Shown here one piece after another: positions 9,801 through 18,816 of a stretch of 64,000 bases of DNA. Every line of letters begins with the position of its first letter. The first letter of the stretch is position 1. The translations under genes were made by a program, and so were the position numbers. Origin of the DNA: Armatimonadota bacterium (GTDB taxonomy: Bacteria > Armatimonadota > SYMT01); contig JAWLHY010000004.1 in the NCBI GenBank assembly GCA_041690135.1, forward strand, positions 256,001-320,000, written 5' to 3'. Below the pieces are notes generated by a model. That model ran no database searches. It saw nothing but the letters and a program-made list of their open reading frames with translations, and was not told where the DNA came from.

Positions 9801-10307
9801 ATGAGAACCCACCGACATTCAGAAGCGAATGAGGCGGCAGCGGCTGGCCACGCAGCGCCAGGCGGGATCACCCCGCGACGGGATATCTTCGGTCGCACGC
9901 TGGAGGACGCCCAGGCCGAGGACCTCGCCTGGCGGGCCGCACGCTCGGCCACCATTCAGCGCATCCTCGACAAAGCCACTCGCTACCTGACATTAGGCCC
10001 CTACCTGATGTGTTTTGGGCCGCTGGTGGGCCTCTTGCTGGTTTCCATCGTCTCCATCAACCTCCTACTACACCACTACTTCGGATGGCCCAAACCACCG
10101 ATTGATCCGAGGGTGATGCTGACCTGCCTGAAGCTGCTCCTCTGGGGTGGCATGCTGGCGGTTCCTGCAGGAATGATCATCGCACGACGGCTGCGCGACC
10201 GGTGTGCGGCGGATGCCAGGATCGAGAGTCTAGAAGTCGAGATTCCCCCACTACCCGGCGCGAGTTCCAGTCCCGAAGTGGGCAGTGAGGTCCCTCGAGG
10301 CAACTGA
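9801..10307 (+). CDS. Hypothetical membrane protein, paralog 1
   Basis: Two hydrophobic segments; shares RRDxxGRTLEDA..AWRAxRSA and PPLPGxSSxPE with the next ORF. Confidence 0.7.
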   Translation: MRTHRHSEANEAAAAGHAAPGGITPRRDIFGRTLEDAQAEDLAWRAARSATIQRILDKATRYLTLGPYLMCFGPLVGLLLVSIVSINLLLHHYFGWPKPPIDPRVMLTCLKLLLWGGMLAVPAGMIIARRLRDRCAADARIESLEVEIPPLPGASSSPEVGSEVPRGN

Positions 10308-10338
10308 TGCATCGGCTCCTAACCACCGGCACATTTGG

Positions 10339-10842
10339 ATGAATACGCAGGACCTGGAACCAAAGGGCACCTCGGCACCCCTGCATACGGCAGTGGTGGA
10401 GATGCCGGCACGACGGGATGCTTACGGTCGAACGCTGGAGGACGCCCTCACCGAGGATACGGCCTGGCGGGCCGTGCGCTCCGCCGCCGCACAGCGCCGA
10501 ATCGACCGGGCTACTCTGGTCCTTACATTTGCTCCGTGCGTGGTAGTTCTCGGACCCCTGACACAGCTACTGCTGCTGCTGGCGGATGTCGCGGCGTTCT
10601 GCATGCACCGCACCTGGGGATTCCCGTCCCCACCGTTTCCCCTCGAAGCCATTGAACCGATTGAAGATCTGTTGCAGATCGCGGGAGTGGTCGGCTGCGT
10701 TCTTTTAGTTCTTGCAACACGCCTGCTACGCGAGCGGTGGGTGGCGGAAGCTAAACGCGAGGGTCTGGACGTCAAGGCTCCACCTTTACCCGGAACGAGT
10801 TCCGACCCGGAAACGGCCAACGAGGTCAATCAGGACACCTGA
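10339..10842 (+). CDS. Hypothetical membrane protein, paralog 2
   Basis: Clear paralog of 9801-10307; start chosen by length match. Confidence 0.7.
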   Translation: MNTQDLEPKGTSAPLHTAVVEMPARRDAYGRTLEDALTEDTAWRAVRSAAAQRRIDRATLVLTFAPCVVVLGPLTQLLLLLADVAAFCMHRTWGFPSPPFPLEAIEPIEDLLQIAGVVGCVLLVLATRLLRERWVAEAKREGLDVKAPPLPGTSSDPETANEVNQDT

Positions 10843-10929
10843 CGCGGGTAACCTTCCTGCAGTGATCGAAAGATGCTTGCGGCAAATCCATCGCGTTAGG
10901 TTAACGGCTCCACCAGAAAGTGCCGAACC

Positions 10930-11170
10930 GTAGGGGAATGGTCGCTGTCCCTTCCCAGGATTCCGCCCCACCTCCCGTCCGGCAGAGCGGTTAGTGACAT
11001 TGACCGGTCGCTCGCCCGACACGTCTCGCCCACACCTGCCCCATAGCCGTGCCGGTGGCATGATGAGCGAGAGATGGTTGGCCACAAACTACGGTGGGCA
11101 TGACGGGGTTCTCAGGTGCGCTACAGGCGAGGGTTCAGGGTCCTGGTAGGCGACAGCGGGCCTACCCTAC
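10930..11170. repeat. Inverted pair of GTAG-type REP elements (family C)
   Basis: GTAGGGGAATGGTCGCTGTCCCTTCCCAGGA (10930, +) and GTAGGGTAGGCCCGCTGTCGCCTACCAGGA (11170-11141, -); third copy at 51427-51456. Confidence 0.7.
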
Positions 11171-11340
11171 CCACGCACCCTCCGAATCTCGCCTTCAGCC
11201 CGTTGCTGACGCACCAGAGACTCCGCCGAATGCGGCGCCTTTCGGGCCGTGATGAAGGCGGGAAGGGACGGCAACATCCTTCCCCAATATGCCCGAATAC
11301 ATGACTCGTGAGGAGCGGTCCGCATCGTGTGACGAACCGC

Positions 11341-11368
11341 TCCTTATCCTTATCCTTATCCTTATCCT
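11341..11368. repeat. (TCCTTA)n hexamer tandem repeat
   Basis: tccttatccttatccttatccttatcct just downstream of the D-aminoacylase stop. Confidence 0.85.
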
Positions 11369-11378
11369 CTTCCGATCC

Positions 11379-12938
11379 TTATCTCGGAGCTAGCACCTCT
11401 CCGTGCAAGGCTCCCGTGTGCCGGCCCTGGTCGACCACCACCTTGCCGTTGACCAGCACGTACGGAATGCCCTCTGGGTAGCGGCAGGGATCCTCGAACG
11501 TGGCCGCGTCGCGGACGGTGGCGGGGTCGAACACCGTCAGGTCGGCGGCGAGGCCGGGGGCGATGCGGCCGCGGTCCTTGAATCCCATGCGCTGGGCGGG
11601 GAAGCCGGTCATCTTCCACACGGCTTGCTCCAGCGAGAGGACGCCCTGCTCGCGGACATAGCGCGCCAACAGCCGGGGGAAGGCGCCGAAAAGGCGGGGG
11701 TGGGTTTTGCCGGGGAGGTGGAGACCGTCGCTCCCCAGCATCTGCGCGGGGCTCTGCAGGATCTGGCGCAGGTCGGTCTCGTCCCCCAGGTGGGCGATGA
11801 AGCAGGCCTGGAGCTCGTCTTCGACCAGGATCCGGCAAACCACCTCGCCGATGCTGATCCCCTCCGCTTCCGCTATCCGGGCGAAGGATTCGCCTTCGTA
11901 CCCCTTCCACTTCGGATTGCGTGCGCCGCACAGCACGTGGCGGGTCCAGTCGCGGTCGGCGTCGTTCATCGCCTGGACGATCCGCTCCCGGGTCTCGGCG
12001 TCGTGCAGCCGCTCCAGCAGCGTAACGGGGCCGCCCACCGTGGCCCAGGTCGGAAGCATCGCTTGGACCAGCGTGCTGCCGGCGGTGTACGGATAGCTGT
12101 CAAAGGTCACGTCCACGCCGCGGGTGCGAGCCGCCTCGATATACGCCAGCACCTCGCCGGCGCGGCCCCAGTTGCGCGCCCCGCCGATCTGCAGGTGCGA
12201 GACCTGGAGGGGAGCCCCGGACTTCTCACTCATCTCGTACGATTCGTCCAGCGCCTTCAGGATCTCGTCGCCGTAGTCCCGCATGTGGATGGCGAAGAAC
12301 CCGCCATGCTCCGCCACGGCCCGGCAGATCTCGATGTTCTCCGCCGCGTCCGCGTAGCTCATCGGGGAGTACCAGAGACCCGTGGAGAGACCCCAGGCGC
12401 CCTCTTCCATCCCCTGCCGCACCAGGTCGGCCATGCGGCCCCGCTCCTCGGCGTCGGCGGCGCGGTCCGCCATGCCCATCACGGAGACGCGGACCGACCC
12501 ATGCGGGATCAGGTAGGCCGCGTTCGTGGCGATCCGACCCCGGTAGTGGTCCAGGAACTCGCGCACGGTGCGCCACTCCCAGTCCACCCCCGCGTCGTCC
12601 CCGAAGAGGCCCAGCAGGTACTCCTTCTGAATGGCCAGCCCCTGGTCCGTCACCGGCGCGAAGCCGAGCCCGCAGTTGGAGAACACCTCGGTGGTGACCC
12701 CCTGCATCACCTTCGGCTCGTGCGTCGGCCGGGCCAGGAGCGCAATGTCCGCGTGCGTGTGAATATCAATAAATCCGGGGGCCACCACCTGCCCCGCGGC
12801 GTCGATCTCGCGGTCCGCCTGCGCCTGGCTCAGATCGCCGACTTCCGTGATTTTTCCGTTCGTCACGCCCACGTCCGCGCGGAAGCCGGGCGCTCCCGTA
12901 CCGTCCACCACCGTTCCGTTGCGAATAATCAGGTCCAA
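11379..12938 (-). CDS. N-acyl-D-amino-acid deacylase (D-aminoacylase family)
   Basis: APGFIDIHTH, QGVTTEVFSNCG, HMRD, HPRLFGAFPR, GLAADLTVFDP. Confidence 0.92.
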   Translation of the reverse strand: MDLIIRNGTVVDGTGAPGFRADVGVTNGKITEVGDLSQAQADREIDAAGQVVAPGFIDIHTHADIALLARPTHEPKVMQGVTTEVFSNCGLGFAPVTDQGLAIQKEYLLGLFGDDAGVDWEWRTVREFLDHYRGRIATNAAYLIPHGSVRVSVMGMADRAADAEERGRMADLVRQGMEEGAWGLSTGLWYSPMSYADAAENIEICRAVAEHGGFFAIHMRDYGDEILKALDESYEMSEKSGAPLQVSHLQIGGARNWGRAGEVLAYIEAARTRGVDVTFDSYPYTAGSTLVQAMLPTWATVGGPVTLLERLHDAETRERIVQAMNDADRDWTRHVLCGARNPKWKGYEGESFARIAEAEGISIGEVVCRILVEDELQACFIAHLGDETDLRQILQSPAQMLGSDGLHLPGKTHPRLFGAFPRLLARYVREQGVLSLEQAVWKMTGFPAQRMGFKDRGRIAPGLAADLTVFDPATVRDAATFEDPCRYPEGIPYVLVNGKVVVDQGRHTGALHGEVLAPR

Positions 12939-13195
12939 CGTTCAGCTCCATCCCTGGATAATGACTTTTCGAGGCCCGCTCCGTCCTCGCTATCGTGTTC
13001 GGCGACCATCCGAACTTCCACCTCTGCTCTATAGCCCGGAATTGCCGCAATCCGGATCGGATCTCCCGCCCGGGTTTACGCAGCGCGGTTCCTGCAAGAT
13101 CATCCTCGTCACTCGCTCGGATCGGCCCGGTCAAGGAAATTGGGCGGACCTCGCTCAACTGTCCCTCATAGCAAGCAACTGGAGTAACCTGGAAT

Positions 13196-14938
13196 ATGCT
13201 GCGCACGTCGCGTCTCGGAACACTGCTGGTGGGGAGCCGCACCATCACGGAAGACCAGCTCAATCGCGCCCTCGACTTCCAGAAACAGCAGGACTGCCGC
13301 CTGGGCGAGGCGCTGATAGAACTGGGCTACTGCAGCGAGGTCGAGATCACGCGCGCTCTGGCCGAGCAGATGGATCTGGCCTTCATCGACCTGAGCCTGA
13401 CCCCGCCCGAACCCCACGTGCTGCGGATGGTGCCGCGCGACCTGGCCGTCCGCCTGGGCATCGTTCCGGTACGGATCGAGCTGGGGCGCATGTTGGTGGC
13501 GGCGAAGAACCCGCTCGACATCAGCATCGATGAAGCGCTCCGCGGCGCCGTCCGCATGCCCGTCGCCGTCTGCGCCGCTGCTCCGGGCCAGGTGAGTGAC
13601 ACACTCCAGAATTACGAGCGCCTGAAGTGGAGCCTGGACACGGCGGGCGCAGTGCGGCCCCCTTCCCCACCGGCGGCCGGCGTACCCCTGACCGCCCCTC
13701 CCTTCGGCGGTGGGGCTTCGGTCCGGGCGGAGCAACAGATCCTGCAGCGTCTCCAGGCGCTGATCGGAGACGCGCTACGAAAAGGCGCCCGCGACATCTA
13801 CTTCCAGCCCCTGCCGAATGGTTTGGAGGTCCGCGGCTGGGTGGACGGCGTGATGCAGCCTCTGGAACAGATGACGGGGACCGATGGCGGTCAGATGCTC
13901 AACTCGCTGCGGGCACTCTGCGGCTTCGCGGCCGGCAGGGAGCGGGCTGCCAGCACCTGCGAGATCCGGGTGGACGGCAACCTGCAGCAGTTCGCCTGCC
14001 GGAGCATGCCGGTCATCGACGGGCTCGTGATCATCCTCCGCGCCCGTTCCGGAGAAGGCGCTCCGCTGCGGCTGGATCAACTCGGCCTGGAACCGGAAAT
14101 GCTGCGCGCCGTCCGCGCAGGGCTCGCCACGCGGACCGGACTGGTGCTGGTGGCCGGGCCGATGGAATCCGGACGCTCCACCACCCTCTACGCGATGCTG
14201 CAGGAAGTGAGCCAGCCTTCCCTGCGCATCGTCACCGTGGAAGGTTCCGCCGAGGCGCGAGTGCCGGGCGCGCTGCAGTTCCAGTTCGACAGCCACCGGG
14301 CGGAAGCGAACCGCCTCAAGGTGGAAGCACTGTCTGAGCGCCCAGATGTCCTGCTCCTTGATGAGCTGGAAGACCGCCCCATGGCCGAAGCGGCATGCCG
14401 CCTGGCGATGGAGAGCACATTGGTGCTGGGGGGAGTCTATGCGCCCCACGCCCTACGCGCCCTGGCCCGCTTCGCCGACCTGGGCCTCCCCGCGTACACC
14501 ACGGCTTCCGCGCTCACCGGAATCCTCGCCCAGCGGCTGGTTCGACGCCTCTGCCCCGATTGCTCCGGCCCCACGCTCCTCCCGCCGGACCTGGAACGCG
14601 TACTCGCGTCACTCTACGGCAATCTCTCCACCGTCGCCTTCCGCCGCGGGAAAGGGTGCGCGCGCTGTCACGGGATGGGCACGCGCGGGCGCATCGGCGT
14701 GCTCGAGTGGATCGAGGTGGACGAGGATCTCCGCCGCCTCCTCTCGGACCGTGCCATGCCGAGCGCCATCCAGGAACACCTGGACCGCCGGGGCCACCGC
14801 TCCCTGGAGCACGACGCCTTCCGCAAAGCCGCCGCCGGCCTGATCTCCCCCGAAGAGATCCTCGGCCTCCGCCTGGAGACTGCCCGCAAACTCGCCGAGA
14901 CCATCGGCCAGCCCCTGGCCGTCGACCGCTGGGAGTAG
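13196..14938 (+). CDS. GspE/PilB-family protein with MshEN domain and degenerate ATPase motifs
   Basis: Tandem RLGxxL..LxxQ MshEN repeats; AQRLVRRLCPDC..GCARC..GRIGVLE; Walker A reads GPMESGRSTT. Confidence 0.85.
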   Translation: MLRTSRLGTLLVGSRTITEDQLNRALDFQKQQDCRLGEALIELGYCSEVEITRALAEQMDLAFIDLSLTPPEPHVLRMVPRDLAVRLGIVPVRIELGRMLVAAKNPLDISIDEALRGAVRMPVAVCAAAPGQVSDTLQNYERLKWSLDTAGAVRPPSPPAAGVPLTAPPFGGGASVRAEQQILQRLQALIGDALRKGARDIYFQPLPNGLEVRGWVDGVMQPLEQMTGTDGGQMLNSLRALCGFAAGRERAASTCEIRVDGNLQQFACRSMPVIDGLVIILRARSGEGAPLRLDQLGLEPEMLRAVRAGLATRTGLVLVAGPMESGRSTTLYAMLQEVSQPSLRIVTVEGSAEARVPGALQFQFDSHRAEANRLKVEALSERPDVLLLDELEDRPMAEAACRLAMESTLVLGGVYAPHALRALARFADLGLPAYTTASALTGILAQRLVRRLCPDCSGPTLLPPDLERVLASLYGNLSTVAFRRGKGCARCHGMGTRGRIGVLEWIEVDEDLRRLLSDRAMPSAIQEHLDRRGHRSLEHDAFRKAAAGLISPEEILGLRLETARKLAETIGQPLAVDRWE

Positions 14939-15023
14939 GTTCAGGTACTGACATCCCCGCCCGGCGTTCGTAAGCTTAGGAGAACGACCCTACTCCCTCG
15001 TCTCTCCGTGCCTCTGTGACTCC

Positions 15024-16208
15024 GTGGTAAAAAGATTCGTTGGCGAAGAGAACCCGATCGTCTACCTGGACTGCGCCGCCACCACACCCGTGGACCCGCG
15101 GGTGAGCGCGGTCGTGCTGCAGTACCTGGAAGAGGAGTACGGCAACGCGGGAAGCCGGGCCCATGATTACGGGATCCGGGCGCGGCGGGCAGTGGAACAG
15201 GCACGGGCGCAGGTGGCCGCCGTGGCCGGGGCGGCCCGCGGCGAGGTGATCTTTACCAGCGGCGCCACCGAGAGCAACAACCTCGCGCTCCTGGGGCTGG
15301 CGGAGTTCGGTCGAGTCAACGGTTGCCGGCACCTCGTCAGCACCCGCATCGAGCACAGCGCGGTCCTGGAGCCGCTCCAGGCCCTGGCGCGCCAGGGGTT
15401 TGAGGTCACGCTGGTCTCCCCCACTCCCGGCGGTTGGGTGGACCCGGAAGCGGTGCGGCGAGTCGTCCGGGACGATACCCTGCTGGTTTCGATGATGCAG
15501 GTGAACAACGAAACCGGGGTGATCCAACCCGTGGAGGCCGTGGCCGACTTGCTGCAAGACCATCCCGCTTACCTGCACGTCGATGCCGCCCAGGGGTTCG
15601 GCCGGGAGATCGAACCCCTGCGCCACCCGCGCATCGACCTGGTGAGCCTCAGCGGCCACAAGCTGTACGCCCCGAAGGGAGTGGGGGTCCTGATTGCCCG
15701 GCGGCGCGACGGGCAGCGGCCACCCCTGGCCCCGCTGATGCACGGCGGCGGACAGGAGTACGGTCTCCGTCCCGGCACCCTTCCGGTGCCCCTGATCGTG
15801 GGCCTGGGGCTTGCGGCGGAACTTGCGGCCGCCGAGAGGGAGGAACGCGCGGCCCGCTGCCGGAAGTTCAAGGAGCGGCTGCTTGCAGCTTTACAGCCGC
15901 TGGACCCCAGGATACATGGCGATCAGGAGCGCGCGGTCCCGCACATGGTGAACCTTAGCTTCCCCGACATCCTTGCGGAGGAGGCGATGGAGGCGCTGTC
16001 CGGGCTCATCGCGATCTCGGACGGCGCCGCCTGCACGTCGCACACCCACACCTGCAGCCACGTGCTCAGCGCGATGGGACTGCGGGGCGAAGCGGTCGAA
16101 GGCGCTCTGCGGTTCTCCTGGTGCCACACAACCCCCGAACCGGACTGGGACGCCTGCGTCCATATCCTCGAGAGGCTGCGGGAGCCGGCCCCGGCACTGA
16201 CGATTTGA
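15024..16208 (+). CDS. Cysteine desulfurase (IscS/DndA-like, class V PLP)
   Basis: YLDCAATTP, FTSGATESNN, SGHK (PLP Lys), RPGTLPV, SDGAACTS catalytic Cys; start codon uncertain. Confidence 0.9.
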   Translation: MVKRFVGEENPIVYLDCAATTPVDPRVSAVVLQYLEEEYGNAGSRAHDYGIRARRAVEQARAQVAAVAGAARGEVIFTSGATESNNLALLGLAEFGRVNGCRHLVSTRIEHSAVLEPLQALARQGFEVTLVSPTPGGWVDPEAVRRVVRDDTLLVSMMQVNNETGVIQPVEAVADLLQDHPAYLHVDAAQGFGREIEPLRHPRIDLVSLSGHKLYAPKGVGVLIARRRDGQRPPLAPLMHGGGQEYGLRPGTLPVPLIVGLGLAAELAAAEREERAARCRKFKERLLAALQPLDPRIHGDQERAVPHMVNLSFPDILAEEAMEALSGLIAISDGAACTSHTHTCSHVLSAMGLRGEAVEGALRFSWCHTTPEPDWDACVHILERLREPAPALTI

Positions 16209-16670
16209 ATGGATTCACAGCAGTACTTCCGTTATAAGCGCTCCCGGTTTTCGACCCGCCTTCCGCTCAACCGGCTCTATACGCCCTCGCACTACTGGCT
16301 GCTCGAATGCGAGCCGGGGGTATGGCGCGTCGGCTTCACCCGGTTCGCCACCCGGATGCTGGGTGACCTGGTGGAACTGAACTGGGAAGTGCGCCCCGGA
16401 GATCCGGTATCGGTGGGACAGGCGATCGGCGCGGTCGAGGGGTTCAAGGCGATCTCGGAGATCTACTGCGCGGTCGAGGGAGAGTTCCTGGGCGGAAACC
16501 CGGCCCTGGACGAGGATATTACGCTCACGGACACAGACGGCTACGGGGAAGGCTGGCTCTATCAGGTGCGCGGCACCCCCGACCCGAGCCGCCTGGACGT
16601 GGAAGGCTACGTCGCCTTACTCGATCTGACGATTGAGCGGATGCTGGCCCAATCCGGGGAGTCCGAGTAG
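16209..16670 (+). CDS. Glycine cleavage H-like lipoyl-carrier protein
   Basis: LYTPSHYW, RVGFTRFA..LGDLV, VEGFKAISEIY (lipoyl-Lys position), GYGEGWL; ATG directly follows the desulfurase TGA. Confidence 0.88.
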   Translation: MDSQQYFRYKRSRFSTRLPLNRLYTPSHYWLLECEPGVWRVGFTRFATRMLGDLVELNWEVRPGDPVSVGQAIGAVEGFKAISEIYCAVEGEFLGGNPALDEDITLTDTDGYGEGWLYQVRGTPDPSRLDVEGYVALLDLTIERMLAQSGESE

Positions 16671-16699
16671 GAGCCACAGATTTCACAGATTGGAAAGAT
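16670..16699 (+). repeat. Left arm of a perfect 30-bp inverted repeat
   Basis: GGAGCCACAGATTTCACAGATTGGAAAGAT; exact reverse complement at 18371-18400. Confidence 0.9.
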
Positions 16700-17807
16700 G
16701 AGTAAAGCTAAATACATCATGATCGGCGGCTTCCTGGGGGCCGGGAAGACGACCGCCGTCCTCCGGATCGCCGAGGAGTTGACCCGTCAGGGGCTGCGGG
16801 TGGGCCTGATCACCAACGACCAGAGCTATGGGCTGGTGGATACCGCCATGCTGGCGTCGCATGGGTTTGCGGTGGAGGAGATCACCGGCGGCTGCTTCTG
16901 CTGTAAGTTCAACTCGCTGGTCTCCGCGGCGGATCGCCTCACCGAAGAGGCCCGGCCGGAGGTGTTCATCGCGGAGCCCGTGGGAAGCTGCACCGACCTG
17001 AAGGCGACGGTCGACTACCCCCTCCGCCGAATGTACGGTGACGATTACGCCATCGCCCCGCTGAGCGTGATGGTCGACCCGATCCGCGCCCTGCGGATTC
17101 TCGACCTGGAGCCCGGCAAGTCCTTCTCGCCCAAGGTCCGCTACATCTATCAGAAGCAGCTCGAGGAAGCGGACCTGATCGTGGTCAACAAGATCGACCT
17201 GGTCGAGCCGGAGCGCCTGGAGGCCCTTCAGGCTGCTCTGGCCGAACGCTTCCCCCGGGCGCAGGTGCTCACGGTTTCCGCGCGCCACGGGCAGGGACTG
17301 GAGGCCTGGCTCGACTGCATCACCTCCGGAGAGGCCCGCACCGCCGACGCGATGGAGGTGGACTACGACCTCTACGCCGACGGCGAGGCGCTGCTCGGCT
17401 GGCTCAATTGCACAGTCCAACTGGAGCGCGACGAGGAGTTCGACGGGAACACACTGCTGCTCGACCTGGCGGGAGCCGTGCAGCGACGCTTAGCCGAGGA
17501 TAGCCTCGAGATCGCCCACCTGAAACTGACGCTCAACCCGGACGAGAACGGCAACGATCTCGGGGTGGTGAACAGCGTGCGCAACGAATCCGGCGCCGAA
17601 GCCTCGCACCGCCTGCAGGAGCCGCTGGAGTCGGGACAGTTGATCCTGAACCTCCGCGCCGAGGCGGACCCGGAGCGGCTGCGGGAGGTCGTGCTGGAGG
17701 CGCTGACGGAAGTGGAACGCGAGAGCGGAGTCAAGGTTCGGGTGGAACACCTCGAACGCTTCCGCCCTGGCCGACCCGTACCGACCCATCGGTTAGCAGC
17801 CGTGTAG
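16698..17807 (+). CDS. CobW/P47K (G3E) metallochaperone GTPase
   Basis: GGFLGAGKTT, EITGGCFCC (CxCC), EPVGSC, NKID. Confidence 0.9.
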   Translation: MSKAKYIMIGGFLGAGKTTAVLRIAEELTRQGLRVGLITNDQSYGLVDTAMLASHGFAVEEITGGCFCCKFNSLVSAADRLTEEARPEVFIAEPVGSCTDLKATVDYPLRRMYGDDYAIAPLSVMVDPIRALRILDLEPGKSFSPKVRYIYQKQLEEADLIVVNKIDLVEPERLEALQAALAERFPRAQVLTVSARHGQGLEAWLDCITSGEARTADAMEVDYDLYADGEALLGWLNCTVQLERDEEFDGNTLLLDLAGAVQRRLAEDSLEIAHLKLTLNPDENGNDLGVVNSVRNESGAEASHRLQEPLESGQLILNLRAEADPERLREVVLEALTEVERESGVKVRVEHLERFRPGRPVPTHRLAAV

Positions 17808-17826
17808 GCGAGTTGAAGGTTGAAAG

Positions 17827-18345
17827 TTGAAGGTTCCCCCCTCGGGACCGGGGTTCAGGGGCCGAGCGCACAGCCGTTATCCACTCATGCTGGCAGAGCA
17901 CCCTTCTATTTCCAGGAAAAGTTGGAAGAGCCGCCGGTGGATCGCCGGCTCCGCTCTTACGCTGGTAGGGCTGCTAGGCATCCTCGCGTTTGGGCTCTGG
18001 GACTACGCTTTTGGGTTGCATGCGGACGAGATGTGGTCCGTTGCATTACCGAGGGGTGGAAAGCTCTCGTTCTATAGCGGGTCGAGGCGGATCGAAGCCA
18101 CTTTGCCGGATGATAGCCGGCAAACGCTGGTGTGGACCGACGCCGCAGGAGTCAGGCGCGAATACCTCGTGGGGTACGGTTTTCCGCCTTTAGAGGTGCG
18201 TGCACGCCCTGATGGAAACGCAGTGGGTTTGCTTGCACCGAGCCTAAACTTCATCGTGGGAGTGCTGGATTTGGAAACCGGCCGATATGAGGACGCTCCC
18301 GACCCTACGCGACTGGCCTGGGCGACGTCCGGCGCAAAGCTCTAG
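17827..18345 (+). CDS. Hypothetical membrane-anchored protein interrupting the cluster
   Basis: One TM segment, visibly more AT-rich codon usage; start may be ATG 17887. Confidence 0.5.
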   Translation: MKVPPSGPGFRGRAHSRYPLMLAEHPSISRKSWKSRRWIAGSALTLVGLLGILAFGLWDYAFGLHADEMWSVALPRGGKLSFYSGSRRIEATLPDDSRQTLVWTDAAGVRREYLVGYGFPPLEVRARPDGNAVGLLAPSLNFIVGVLDLETGRYEDAPDPTRLAWATSGAKL

Positions 18346-18370
18346 CGGAGACTGTGCTCAGCGGGCTCTT

Positions 18371-18400
18371 ATCTTTCCAATCTGTGAAATCTGTGGCTCC
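18371..18400 (-). repeat. Right arm of the perfect 30-bp inverted repeat
   Basis: ATCTTTCCAATCTGTGAAATCTGTGGCTCC. Confidence 0.9.
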
Positions 18401-18444
18401 CCGGTTCCAACGGCAGAGCGTTGCTTTAGGTGAAAACGATTCGT

Positions 18445-18816
18445 ATGTCGAAGAATGCAAGAGTGTTGTACTGCCACTGCGCCTACGCCCAGGTGGTGCC
18501 CAAGACGGTAAAGGAGGAGGTCCTCTCCCAGCTCGCCGCTTCGGGGGTCGCCTTCGACGCGGTGGCGGATCTCTGCGAGATGTCGGCACGGGGCGACTCC
18601 GGCCTGACGCAACTTGCCGCCGGGGGGGACGTGCGGATCGCCGCCTGCTACCCGCGGGCCGTGCGGTGGCTCTTCTCCGCGGCGGGCGCGGCGCTGCCCG
18701 AAGGAGCGCAGATCCTGAATATGCGAGTGGAAAGCGCGGAAAACGTGGTGAACGGTCTGCTGAACGGTGAGAGCACCGGAGCCGGGGAAGGTGCGGCCAT
18801 GGAGGGTGCGGAATGA
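18445..18816 (+). CDS. Small Cys-rich putative Fe-S protein (HdrA N-terminal-like)
   Basis: LYCHC..DLCE..IAACYPRAV; ATGA overlap with the next gene; alternative GTG start at 18430. Confidence 0.75.
   Translation: MSKNARVLYCHCAYAQVVPKTVKEEVLSQLAASGVAFDAVADLCEMSARGDSGLTQLAAGGDVRIAACYPRAVRWLFSAAGAALPEGAQILNMRVESAENVVNGLLNGESTGAGEGAAMEGAE

Noticed and set aside
15024-16208. dndA of a DNA phosphorothioation system
   Set aside because: The sequence is DndA-like, but no dndB-E or ssp genes are present and it is coupled to a GcvH-like gene
16209-16670. Canonical glycine cleavage operon (gcvH)
   Set aside because: No gcvT or gcvP nearby and an atypical N-terminal extension, so the gene symbol is withheld
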